Shown one piece after another: positions 37,625 through 47,679 of a DNA stretch of 63,893 nucleotides; the first letter of the stretch is position 1; each line of letters opens with the position of its first letter. This DNA comes from Myxococcota bacterium (GTDB lineage Bacteria; Myxococcota_A; Bradymonadia; UBA7976; UBA1532): assembly GCA_036337435.1 (NCBI GenBank), contig JAYZEG010000061.1, positions 1 through 63,893 of the forward strand. Reading direction: 5' to 3'. The notes under the pieces were generated by a model, which was not told where the DNA came from, made no database searches, and was given only the letters and a program-made list of their open reading frames with translations. A program made the position numbers and the translations under genes.

Positions 37625-39939
37625 TTACAATTACTTCTCAGATTTTCGCCATCGTCACGAACCAGCTGATCGAGGTTCCACAAATCACACAGTTCGAGAG
37701 GCATAAACTGAACATCGAGCTCGGCGGTGGTCGAAATCGTACCCGTAATTCGACCCTCACCAGCGGTGATCTGAATTGGATGTGTGTCTGACCGATAAGC
37801 CAACGCAACCAAGTCACCGCTTGCGCTAATGGTCAATGGATTAGACGTGCCATCCATTTCGAGCCCGGTGAGTTGACCGAAGTCTGAATTGAGGGTTAAG
37901 CCGCCGTTGCGAACAGTCACAAATCCGCCGTCAAGCTGCCCCTCGATGACAAGGCCAGGCCAAGGCGACTGGATTTGGTCAACAGCTGGTCCGAAAACCA
38001 ATCGGTTCTCATCGCTCGCCGTCAGCGATAAAATCCCGGACGGAGTGATAGTGACAAGACCATCATTCAGGGCATCCAAACGGCCTCCGCCAGTGATCGC
38101 AAGCGTACCTGACACCGACAGTGGTCCCGTGATCTTTAAGGGGACTGTGGGCGGAACGCTGAAGGTGTCGACCGCCGCAACAGCGAGATTTTCAATGGTG
38201 TAATAAACACCCGCTGGCTGGTTTGCGAGCCGCATTGTCCCCGTACTACCTCGGAGCCGAATCCCGGCATGATCAGAGCCCCAGTCGTGCCCAGCACCGA
38301 TGGGCAACCGACCGAATGAGCGAACATTTGCGGAGACAGGGACTGGGGCACGGGTCCACAATTCCGACAGCTGTCCAATGGACACGCCGTCACCGAGATC
38401 AAGCGCGTTTTCAGTGACATCGGCAAGGGTTGAGCCGACAAGATTAACCGAGGTTTGTCCAGTGTAGGCAAGGCCTACACGCTGGTTTCCTTGTAGGGTC
38501 AGAGCCTCGAAAACGACTGTTCGCTCATCGATGATGACCGCGGGCTCTCCACCGAAACCGCCGTATTCGATGACGGTGTTAAGGACATTAATCGGCTCCT
38601 CTCCTGTCTCGATCCGTAAGCCCAGCCAGCCTCCGCCGGCACCATCTTCGTCCGACCATGCCTGACGGTCTGATTTTGAGAAAACGACCAGCCCATCGCG
38701 GGACCCGATTTGTGCCTGTCCTTGGATGCGAATGGCATGGCTTGATTCATTCGCAATGATCACTGTACCTGGGTTGACCACGAGATTGCCATCCATTGGG
38801 ACTCTCAACACAGCGTTTAGAACCCAGGGATTTCCCTCCGGACCGATCTCAGCGGCAAGACTGGCTTAATCACTTGTCATACCTTCAGCGACTGGACCGG
38901 TCAGAATAAATCGGCCGATGAGGAGGCCAAAAGCAGACCCATTCTCAACTCGCACATCGACAACGCCAGTTTCGGCCATGGGCATGGCCGGGAGAGTCGC
39001 ACGTATATGCCTTTCATCAATGCGTTCGACGTCCTCGAGTGGCTGGCCTGCGACCGATGCAGTAAAGGTTCCATCGGCGGGAAATGGACCTCCATAAATG
39101 GTCAATGTGCTGACCTCGTCTATGGGTGCCCAGGTGGGTTTGACCCGCGTAACCTCAAGGGAGCCTGGCGCCGATGCACGACCGATAAGCTGGGCTTCGA
39201 AATCACCTGCATTGGTGCGAATCGTTATGGTTTGGCGGTATTCACCGTCCATCACTGGGCTGAAATTCAAAAGCACTTGGGCTCTTTCACCAGGTGCTGC
39301 CGTCGCTGGAATCTGTCCCGGCGCAACAGAAAATGGGGCATCTATACCACTCACTTGGCTGATGGTGATGGCACTCGACTCACTCAGGTTTTCGAGACGT
39401 ATAAACTCTGACTTAGATTGGCCAGGTTGTTGGAGTCCGAAATTAATTTCAGATGAAACCAGACGTCCGTCGGTCGTTTCAACTGAACCAGACAGGGATA
39501 GGGTTGCACTCACGCCCGCCACGTTGGTTGCGAGAATCACATCCTGTTCAAAAGTGCCCACGTCTGTGGGTTCAAAAACAAATACGAAAGTACGACGAGC
39601 GCCCGCAGGAATCCGAGCAGGCAAATTGCGATTCACAGAAAATGGTGCCGAGAGGCCCTCTATTTCGACAATCTCAAGATCCACAGTTCCAGAGTTAATG
39701 ATGCCAACATCGCGTCTTTCCTGACCGCCAACACCAGTCACCCCAAAGGCGATTTCCGATTCAGCGAGCTCCAATTGGGCCAGACCCACATCATCTGGTG
39801 CCGCATCAACCACAACCTGGCTGTCAGGCACCACCGCGTCCGCTTGTATCCCTTGGTCAACTGTTGTTCCACCAGAATCGTCAGAACCGCCACATGCAAC
39901 CAACCCAATACAAACATAAAATAAGAACAATGATCTCAT
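37621..39939 (-). pseudogene. Surface lipoprotein (2 ASH/choice-of-anchor-D Ig-like domains, IPT/TIG domain, beta-helix-like region) interrupted by one in-frame TAA at 38866-38868
   Basis: Track ORFs 38866-39978 and 37621-38811 share a frame. The intervening 54 nt read ...MTSD*ASLAAEIGPEGNPWVLNAVLRVP... Lipobox LVAC follows ATG 39939. Confidence 0.75.
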
Positions 39940-40104
39940 TGCTGTCCCCGACTCAAAGAGCACTCGGCTCCATACCATTCGAACGCTCGTTTTCTATGAC
40001 CTGCGCTCTCTGAAAACGACATGCTGCAAGGCTGGCGCGCATGCAAACGACCCTTGTCAATAACGGCAATCACAAACCGCAGTCAACACGAAACCCCAAA
40101 GAAA

Positions 40105-43100
40105 CTATTGGCACTCATCACGAGAGTCATCTGACCGTTTGCCCGCGGTCGATAGGGTGAACTGAACATACGGATGCCCAGAACTCATGGATTGAACGGG
40201 TTCTAAATTGACCCGTCCCTCATCCAGATTTATCTCACTACTGAGACCCAAAAGCCAAGATTTAAGGTGGCTATGTTGGTCAGCAGTGCCGTGAACAGAC
40301 ACATTGAGCGACATCGTTTTATTGGACAAAAATGAAGACATTAAATGACGTTTTGCTTGCAACGGTCTCAACAGACCGTCCGTTGGGGTACTCGAAGAGC
40401 CAAACCCGTAGGCGCGCCGATCTAGCATGCGTTCAAGCCGGTAGAGTGACCCAGCCATAATGCCATGAACATGCCCTTGATATTCGATGAGAAAATCAGG
40501 GACCTCGATTGTGTTCTGCTTTTTCCATGTACGGCCTAAATTAGTCGAGCAAAGGACAGCCGTCTCGTTTAACGCACAGACGTCTCCTAAACCGAGTCGA
40601 CTGGAGGCAATGCTCTTGAATGGCCCTAATGCCGTTCGGCTGCGTGTCCAAACACGACCGCCCGAAATCGTTCGAAAAAATGTGCCGTCAGGGGCGAAAA
40701 GGAGTCCAGCTTGATGAATCTTTTTCAGTTCGACAACAGGAGTCTTGGGTGGACCAAAGTCCTTCGGCAGCCCCGTGGACCGCTTAGGGATCCAGACTTT
40801 TTTATGCGCCTGATAACACCAGACCTGTTGAGGTGTCGAATGCAGACAGACAGCGTGTTGGGACACCGCGTTCGTCGGGACAAAAAATACGTTCTGTACA
40901 CCATCGAGTTCAACGGGCAAGTTTGACTCAGCCCAAATTCCCCGTTCAGCCTTCCACGTCCAGACACCTAGGGCATCATTAATTTTCGCTCCGTGGAGAA
41001 AAACCGTCCCCTGTCCAACAACGACCTCGCCGACACGAACCCCCTTCGGCGTCGTGTCTTCGAGCCGACCCGTGAACGAATCGATTCTATGGACCCGCCC
41101 ATCATGAGTCAGCATCCAGATTGAATTGGAATCGGAGAAGGCCACTTTAGGCCGAACATGGGCGGAATTCTCGAGCGACCTCCATGGACCGCGGCACATG
41201 TCTCGAAAAAAAATGCCCTCCGTTTGAGTTAAAGCATAATCACGTCGACACGTCTGTAGGCTGTCAAACCGGTATAGCCCAAGCACTCGGCCCCTCGGCA
41301 ATTGAAAGACTTTATGCCAGACCAGCGGGTGCTCGACCGTGAGCTTTGATTTTGGTGACCAGGGAGATTTCGTCGACTTCGGCCGAATAGAATGCGTGCT
41401 CAAAATATCAACCAGGACGCTGTTTAGAGATTCTGATAGACCGCTCGCCGAGTTATTTCTGCTGTATTTAAATGTGTGGGCCCATGGCACCGCACCCAAT
41501 GGCTTCCATTCGGGCGTTTTTTTCAAATCACCTGGCTTAAGAAAAAAGGTTTGTAGACCTGCAGTTTTTAGAAAACGCTTAAGTGACGCCTCCACTTTCG
41601 GTGCCTTATTGAGTGGTTGGCGACATTCGGCCGCGGTTGCAATGGCTGCCAAGTCCACTTTTTCTAACCATGCCGCCTGACGCTCCAGAAGCGACCGCTC
41701 GCGGCTGGCTGGCCCCTTTTTAGTGCTCTCAATACACTCTAAATACATTTTTTTGTGAGCTTTTTTCGCTCTTTTGATACATCGATCAACGCACGCGAAT
41801 CGAGTCCGCGTCGCTGCATTCTCCGTTCGTTTACAAGCCTTCAGACAGGTCTCGACCTGAGCAGCTTGTTTACATCCACTTGGACGTGGAATCTTCGCTG
41901 CCGTGACCGAGGCCGAGGTCATCATCAGCGGCTCGTCTGTCACCATGATAGCAATTCGAGATGCCCCTTTCCGATAAGACAGACCAGTGGTTGCAAGGAG
42001 GGCACCGGCACTGTCTTCCTGGGCCTGCAGCGAACTTAACGGAAGCTGGCCCAGTGCATCGGTCACCTGCTTAGGGTCGTTAAACCACGACCTTTGCTCG
42101 ACGACCGATTTCGCAAATCCCACGATCGAATAACGCGGTGCGTGTCCATTGCTTCTCAGCTCAGCATCAATTCTGGGCATGCTCTCGATGAGCTGGGTTC
42201 GTTCGGTGAGTAAGCTCCCTGACAAATCGACCAAAAAAACTACATCGATCGGCGTCTTAGTGCCCATGCCCGACGCAGAGTCCATTTGTCGACCATCAAG
42301 TCGAAATGAGTGCGCTGGCAGACCCATGTTCTTTTGGCCGTTGCAGCCTGTGACAGTGGCGTGGATCCTCTGCCCGCCCCCTTGAGTTGCAATTGCCCTG
42401 ACGTGTACGCGTGCCGTATCTAAAGGCGGGCGCTGGTGGCTTTTGAAATAGAGGTCTTCCGCTTTCTGGGCTTCTGGTGAGGCAGGATACCAAAGTATAT
42501 AATCGAGCAATTTCTCAGCATCCCTCTGCTGAGAGGCCTCAGACCAAGCGAGGGCCATTTCCGCTTTCAATAGGTCGAGATTTCCCGGGTCATCTGGATA
42601 GGCGAGACGAAAAAGACGCGCACTCCAACGATCCGGCAGGTCGACCAGACGTTGTTTTAGTTGATTCTTTATCGGCTCAACGGTCTCTGTTAAGAACCGT
42701 TGACGCCCATATTTTTTGATGAACGGGCGGCCAATTCCGAGCGCGATCCGGTGGTTTTTGACGATGGCCGACTCGAACATCTGAAACATGGATTTGATTT
42801 CAGCTTTGTCGGCCGCCTCCAATGACTTCGGATCATCGTGTCTCCGGCGAAATGACTCGAATGCTGCTACGGTTCCGACAGCCGTAGCCTCTTTTAGAGC
42901 CCGAGCCGCCCTGAGTCGACGAACCTCCTCTAGCACCTGCTTTGCTTCGGGCCAGCCATCGTAGGTGGTCGTGAATTGGTCATAGACCAGGAGCATATCT
43001 TCAGCCTTGGCCCGCTCGAGAGCCAATTGAAGCTCCCGTTTACGGGCCATCTGTATTGACGGTAAATCCGTCAAAGAACCAAATACAGACAGAAATTCTC

Positions 43101-43752
43101 GGTGGGTGAATAAGTCATCTCGCTTTCTTACCTGTGTCTCGTAGACCAATTGGGCTTCCTCGCGAATCGCAGCGCGAGTCAGTGATCGAGTGTTTGGCCA
43201 GGTCCCATAATTCATCCGGATGCGTTTGTAAGCGTCCGCGGTCTTTAAGGCGCGGGCATCCCGCAGAGCGGCTTTGACCTCAAGCTCTTGAACATGTGAA
43301 AGCAGTTTGACGTCAGGGTATGTCTCCCTAAAGCGGCGATAAACGATGACTGAATCGCGGGGCCGAGCCACTGTCTCAAGATAGAGAATGGATTCACGGT
43401 CAAGGGCATGCTCGATAAGCTTAGAAAAACGCTTGTCGACACTGTGTTGACGCCGAAAAGCCGCTATCTTTGAGACATCTTTACTGCTAATTGCGGCCTT
43501 CATCCGTGCCTTTGCAATCAGCAATTCAACGCGCACGGTCTGCTCAGCCTGTCCATCGCCTCCAGCGCGCAGCCACTCATGGCCGGCCTCAGCCGCGTCA
43601 TGGTAGTCCCCTCGTTCGATGAGACTTTCCATGCGAACGTGAATCGGTGCACATCCGACGGTCAGCAAAACTGACAGGGCGAGCCATAATCCATGGACGT
43701 GATGGTTAACTCGCAAACGGCCGGTTGTTCTCAAACAAACATTAATGTCCAT
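40105..43752 (-). CDS. Large vWA-domain lipoprotein: helical repeats, vWA with Cys-rich insert, Asp-box beta-propeller
   Basis: Lipobox TVGC; repeated (Y/F)..F...YP-type helical units; DVVFLVDLSGS MIDAS and IMVTDE; Asp-box-like RTISGGRVW and STNLGRTW; start overlaps the upstream stop. Confidence 0.8.
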   Translation of the reverse strand: MDINVCLRTTGRLRVNHHVHGLWLALSVLLTVGCAPIHVRMESLIERGDYHDAAEAGHEWLRAGGDGQAEQTVRVELLIAKARMKAAISSKDVSKIAAFRRQHSVDKRFSKLIEHALDRESILYLETVARPRDSVIVYRRFRETYPDVKLLSHVQELEVKAALRDARALKTADAYKRIRMNYGTWPNTRSLTRAAIREEAQLVYETQVRKRDDLFTHREFLSVFGSLTDLPSIQMARKRELQLALERAKAEDMLLVYDQFTTTYDGWPEAKQVLEEVRRLRAARALKEATAVGTVAAFESFRRRHDDPKSLEAADKAEIKSMFQMFESAIVKNHRIALGIGRPFIKKYGRQRFLTETVEPIKNQLKQRLVDLPDRWSARLFRLAYPDDPGNLDLLKAEMALAWSEASQQRDAEKLLDYILWYPASPEAQKAEDLYFKSHQRPPLDTARVHVRAIATQGGGQRIHATVTGCNGQKNMGLPAHSFRLDGRQMDSASGMGTKTPIDVVFLVDLSGSLLTERTQLIESMPRIDAELRSNGHAPRYSIVGFAKSVVEQRSWFNDPKQVTDALGQLPLSSLQAQEDSAGALLATTGLSYRKGASRIAIMVTDEPLMMTSASVTAAKIPRPSGCKQAAQVETCLKACKRTENAATRTRFACVDRCIKRAKKAHKKMYLECIESTKKGPASRERSLLERQAAWLEKVDLAAIATAAECRQPLNKAPKVEASLKRFLKTAGLQTFFLKPGDLKKTPEWKPLGAVPWAHTFKYSRNNSASGLSESLNSVLVDILSTHSIRPKSTKSPWSPKSKLTVEHPLVWHKVFQLPRGRVLGLYRFDSLQTCRRDYALTQTEGIFFRDMCRGPWRSLENSAHVRPKVAFSDSNSIWMLTHDGRVHRIDSFTGRLEDTTPKGVRVGEVVVGQGTVFLHGAKINDALGVWTWKAERGIWAESNLPVELDGVQNVFFVPTNAVSQHAVCLHSTPQQVWCYQAHKKVWIPKRSTGLPKDFGPPKTPVVELKKIHQAGLLFAPDGTFFRTISGGRVWTRSRTALGPFKSIASSRLGLGDVCALNETAVLCSTNLGRTWKKQNTIEVPDFLIEYQGHVHGIMAGSLYRLERMLDRRAYGFGSSSTPTDGLLRPLQAKRHLMSSFLSNKTMSLNVSVHGTADQHSHLKSWLLGLSSEINLDEGRVNLEPVQSMSSGHPYVQFTLSTAGKRSDDSRDECQ

Positions 43753-44872
43753 AACCCACACTCATTAAGGCACTCCATGCTTTTTGGTTCGGATATCGGG
43801 CCGCCAACGATGGGGAATGCCCCCCCCTTAAGTCGATTTGCCAGCGCCTAAAGCGAACATCCAATATCCAACCCACGCCGGCCAATAGACCGAAAGCATC
43901 ATCGCCTACCCGATCTGGGTCTCGCAGAGCGACAATTGATGCAAGTGGTCCGGTCTCGATGAATTGCCCGACTCGTAAACGAGTGGTTAATTGGCTGGCA
44001 AGAAAATCACCAGATTGAAAGTACGCCCAAGGTGCACCTGGCAGAGCGATCCCAAATGGGTTCATGCCCCCAACCTGTCGTCGATATAAGTCATCTTCAT
44101 GTTCTTGCCATGCGGCTTCTTGCTGAACCTCGACGCGCACAACATCGCTCGCCAGCAGACCCGCCTTGAGCCACTGGCGTAACACAAACTGTATGGGCTT
44201 TGGTCGATTTCGACGATCGATATCATCAAATGAATCAGCATCTAACGCGCCCCAATCTCGAGTCTCTGACTGCCAACGAAGACCCAGGATGACCCCCATT
44301 GCAAACCCATTGAGGCGTGGAAAAACTCTGAATTTTTGGTGCCAGTCAGCGCTGGACAATCGCCAGTACGTCAGCTGTAGTTCAGGTTCGAGAACCCAGG
44401 CGTCCGCAGGCAGTATGAGATCGGGTGATGTTTCGTCCGAACGGATATGGGACCAACGCCTGACTCCAAGAATTGACCGCTGACTGAGCCATCTGCCCAG
44501 CTTGTAGTCCAGCCACGCGGTCGCCAAAACATAGCTTGGCAAAATCGAACGTGACCGATCATTGCTGCCATTCCTGTAATGGTCGTTTAAGACATTTGTG
44601 AACAGAGCCTCCCCGGTGACTCCCAGACCGAGTCGGAGCTGAGGACCCAAGTCGATTTCCGAAAGGTTGAGTCGTAGCGTCTCCGTGTTGTAATCAATGC
44701 TGAGCCAAAGACCTGGTTCCAGCGGCGTGTCGTAGCTCAAAGCCAAGGCACCGTGGGCAGGGGCTACGTTACTGTCCCAACGCTCATACAGGCCATAGGA
44801 AGACCACACACCTTCACCTCGGACGCTCGATACCGACATGAGAAGAACAACACAGGCCAGGAACACCTGCAT
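43742..44872 (-). CDS. Putative outer-membrane beta-barrel protein
   Basis: Cleavable signal peptide (VRG-EG); Trp/Tyr-rich alternating strands; C-terminal WSALMSVGYGH resembling a beta-signal; TGATG overlap with the Hsp70 stop. Confidence 0.65.
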   Translation of the reverse strand: MQVFLACVVLLMSVSSVRGEGVWSSYGLYERWDSNVAPAHGALALSYDTPLEPGLWLSIDYNTETLRLNLSEIDLGPQLRLGLGVTGEALFTNVLNDHYRNGSNDRSRSILPSYVLATAWLDYKLGRWLSQRSILGVRRWSHIRSDETSPDLILPADAWVLEPELQLTYWRLSSADWHQKFRVFPRLNGFAMGVILGLRWQSETRDWGALDADSFDDIDRRNRPKPIQFVLRQWLKAGLLASDVVRVEVQQEAAWQEHEDDLYRRQVGGMNPFGIALPGAPWAYFQSGDFLASQLTTRLRVGQFIETGPLASIVALRDPDRVGDDAFGLLAGVGWILDVRFRRWQIDLRGGHSPSLAARYPNQKAWSALMSVGYGH

Positions 44873-47679
44873 CAGGTCGACACCAATTTGAGGCCCTCCG
44901 GCAAGGAATCACCGAGAAAACGGACTTCATCCTTAACGGATAGCTTGACCACATCTTTGACCCATTCTGCCATATGGTGTGTTGACTCTATCCTCTCTAG
45001 ACGGCTTGCAACCCGTCGCCTCAGATCATCGTCTACATCTCGTGCTCGGTCGCCTGTCATGCGCGCAATACTCGCCGCCGCAAACGCGGCTTGGGACACT
45101 TTTCTCCAATCCATAGCGAGTAATGACTCAAGCCATTCTTGCGCCACATCAGGGGGAATGACCAGATGTGGACTCCCATAGAACGGCTGCCGAGCCCCGA
45201 GGCGGGCGAGACACCATGCAGGCCGACCCGCTTGGCTCACATCCGATGCTTGTTCAAGGAACCAACGACCCCAATCGATTTTGCGATCGATTGGAATCCT
45301 TTCGAGAGCACCGACCAAACGGATGGCCTCCTCAGCACCCAAGTACTTCGGTTTCTTCCGGTTTCTCATCTCGAGAGAGGGTCGCAACCAAGGCTCAATC
45401 CGATCGAGAAGCGCGAGCTGAGCTGCCGCATCGAGTCCGCCCGAAATTCTGCGCCACATGATCCACCATGCGTTCCATGTTTCTGCATCCTTGAAGAAAT
45501 GAATGCCGGGCTCAAAGAACTTCCAGACTTCACCCATCCGCCACTCATCAAAACCATCTCCGAAACCCGGCCTCAGACAAAACCCAGTGAGATGGAAAAA
45601 AGTGGCCTCGTGACGTTCACTCCGTCTGCGCCTTCGGGCACCGACTTTTAGGCAATCCCAAACGGCCCGACACGTCGTTGCCGGCCAGGTGTCTCGCGTC
45701 CCATCGAGGGCCTCTTCGAGACTTTTTCTTATCCACTTAATTTCACGGGGGTCGACGTCTTTGCGGGGTTTTCCATACGTTCGTCGGACGATGTCTTCGA
45801 TGCGGTCACGTTTATCGGAGCTCAGGGACGCTTGAGTTTCTTCGTCAGCTTGCTCTTGAGCCGCCGATACTGATTCCTGGTCAGGACCGCGCAAGGAGAA
45901 ATCCAATCGATATTGGGTATCGCGATCGACACATTGAGCGGCGACTTCAAGAATCCCGATTTCACTGAGCTCAGCCCTCAACGTGACTGGAACCTCGGTT
46001 ACATCGGCCTCTGCTTCGAGCACCGTTTGAATCGGGGGCAGCTTTGTGAATTGGTCGCTGTCCAACTCGACCAAATCCCCAACCTCATCGAGCCTTTCAC
46101 TGGTGGTTGAAAAGAGCGAGAAGCGGACCGGTCGACCCAGGACCAGATTGAACACACGGTCTGCCATGAGCACCGACTTTCCGGGTTCAATATGCCGTGG
46201 CAGAAGACAGACTGCCGCCGATTTTGCTCTTTTCTTTTTGCCTGAGTGAACCCCCACATAATACGCCCGTGCTGCGCCACCGCCGACCCGGTGGCCAATT
46301 CCATGGCGAACCAACCCATATGTTGCAGCCCCCCTTGCAACGGCCAGGTCAAAGCTCTGGGGTTCCCAAATATCAACCGGCTCTTGTTCAGACTCACGCC
46401 ACCCACTGATGGTATCGATAAACCGGCGGCGTATCGCTGGACTTTTAAACACACCGCCATTGAGTAGAAGCGTATTCGGTATGCGGGTCAGATCCCCTTG
46501 ATTTTGACGACTCAAAAAAGCCGATACATGGCGGGTGATGGCAGGATCTTTTGCGTACGGAAGGCCCCACGCACTCAAGCCACGTCGACCATCGTTTTTG
46601 GGGCGCTCCGTGTAGGCAGTGGATGGAACAAACCCATCGAGGACCAGTCGTTCAACCATGTCGCGGCTAAATTCGAAGGATTGGGCACCCCCAACCAATT
46701 GCTTTCCTCGACCCGGCACGGTGACTTTAAACGTCTCCGGTGCGTCGCCTGGCTCAGCGAGCAAGACCTCTTTGGCCGTCCGGCAGGCCTGAACTAAACT
46801 ATTCATTCGTCCTGCATCAAGGCTCTGCGTGCCCGCGATGGACTTTTCAGCGACGTGGGCGAGCGCGAGATCCATGTTGTCACCACCCAGGAGAATATGG
46901 TCACCAACGGCCAGTCTCCGCACAGATGGCAGCGGTCCATCCGGCGCGTCGGCCCATTGTATCTCAATCAGGGTAAAGTCCGTTGTGCCACCGCCGACAT
47001 CAGCGACCAGGACTCGCCGGTCCGATGCGGTTCGACTCAGTTCATCGCTGTTAGCCCGAAAATATTCATAGAATGCTGCTTGCGGCTCTTCCAGTAAAAC
47101 CAAGTTATCAGTCAGACCGACGGATTTTGCAGCGTCGACCGTCAATGTCCGAGCGACGTCATCGAAAGAGGCAGGAACTGTCAGAACTACATCCTGTTCC
47201 TGGAGTGGAGCCTTGGGAAAAGCGTCGTTCCAGGCTGCAGCGAGATGGTGCAAATACGCTGCCGATGCGCCGACGGGAGAATACATGCGCTCCGACTTTG
47301 ACCCCCAGGGGAGAATTTTAGCCGTTCGGTCTACGCCATCGTAGCTGAGCCACGACTTCGCCGATGACACGAGCCGACCCGTAACTTTTGCCCCCTGCTC
47401 TCGAGCAAAACGACCAACGATATCATTATGTGAGTCTGTTTCATGCCAAGGACGCTCAGTTCCCTGACCAAACTCTGCTCCGCTCCCGATATAGAGAAAG
47501 GAAGGCAGCATGTCCGCCTTACCAATCTCGCTGCGTGCGACCAACTGCGGAATCGCAAGTGTTTTTACGGCGCGACCACCGAAGCGCTTCGCGCTGGCAA
47601 TATTGGCATACGCGATCGCTGAGTTGGTGGTTCCAAGGTCGATACCAACAACGTATTTTGGCTTCCGCTCACGGCTCAT
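44872..47679 (-). CDS. Atypical Hsp70 family protein with C-terminal DUF3731-like domain
   Basis: GIDLGTTNS, LTVPASFD, EEPQAA, DVGGGTTD, LLGGDNMD and LNGGV; C-terminal GFCLRPGFG..D.WR, W.MWRRISGGL and RLGARQPFYG. ATG 47679 overlaps the upstream stop by 11 bp. Confidence 0.9.
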   Translation of the reverse strand: MSRERKPKYVVGIDLGTTNSAIAYANIASAKRFGGRAVKTLAIPQLVARSEIGKADMLPSFLYIGSGAEFGQGTERPWHETDSHNDIVGRFAREQGAKVTGRLVSSAKSWLSYDGVDRTAKILPWGSKSERMYSPVGASAAYLHHLAAAWNDAFPKAPLQEQDVVLTVPASFDDVARTLTVDAAKSVGLTDNLVLLEEPQAAFYEYFRANSDELSRTASDRRVLVADVGGGTTDFTLIEIQWADAPDGPLPSVRRLAVGDHILLGGDNMDLALAHVAEKSIAGTQSLDAGRMNSLVQACRTAKEVLLAEPGDAPETFKVTVPGRGKQLVGGAQSFEFSRDMVERLVLDGFVPSTAYTERPKNDGRRGLSAWGLPYAKDPAITRHVSAFLSRQNQGDLTRIPNTLLLNGGVFKSPAIRRRFIDTISGWRESEQEPVDIWEPQSFDLAVARGAATYGLVRHGIGHRVGGGAARAYYVGVHSGKKKRAKSAAVCLLPRHIEPGKSVLMADRVFNLVLGRPVRFSLFSTTSERLDEVGDLVELDSDQFTKLPPIQTVLEAEADVTEVPVTLRAELSEIGILEVAAQCVDRDTQYRLDFSLRGPDQESVSAAQEQADEETQASLSSDKRDRIEDIVRRTYGKPRKDVDPREIKWIRKSLEEALDGTRDTWPATTCRAVWDCLKVGARRRRRSERHEATFFHLTGFCLRPGFGDGFDEWRMGEVWKFFEPGIHFFKDAETWNAWWIMWRRISGGLDAAAQLALLDRIEPWLRPSLEMRNRKKPKYLGAEEAIRLVGALERIPIDRKIDWGRWFLEQASDVSQAGRPAWCLARLGARQPFYGSPHLVIPPDVAQEWLESLLAMDWRKVSQAAFAAASIARMTGDRARDVDDDLRRRVASRLERIESTHHMAEWVKDVVKLSVKDEVRFLGDSLPEGLKLVST

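Noticed and set aside
38866..38868. Selenocysteine or pyrrolysine recoding at the internal stop
   Set aside because: The codon is TAA rather than TGA or TAG, and TAA ends other genes in this window normally.
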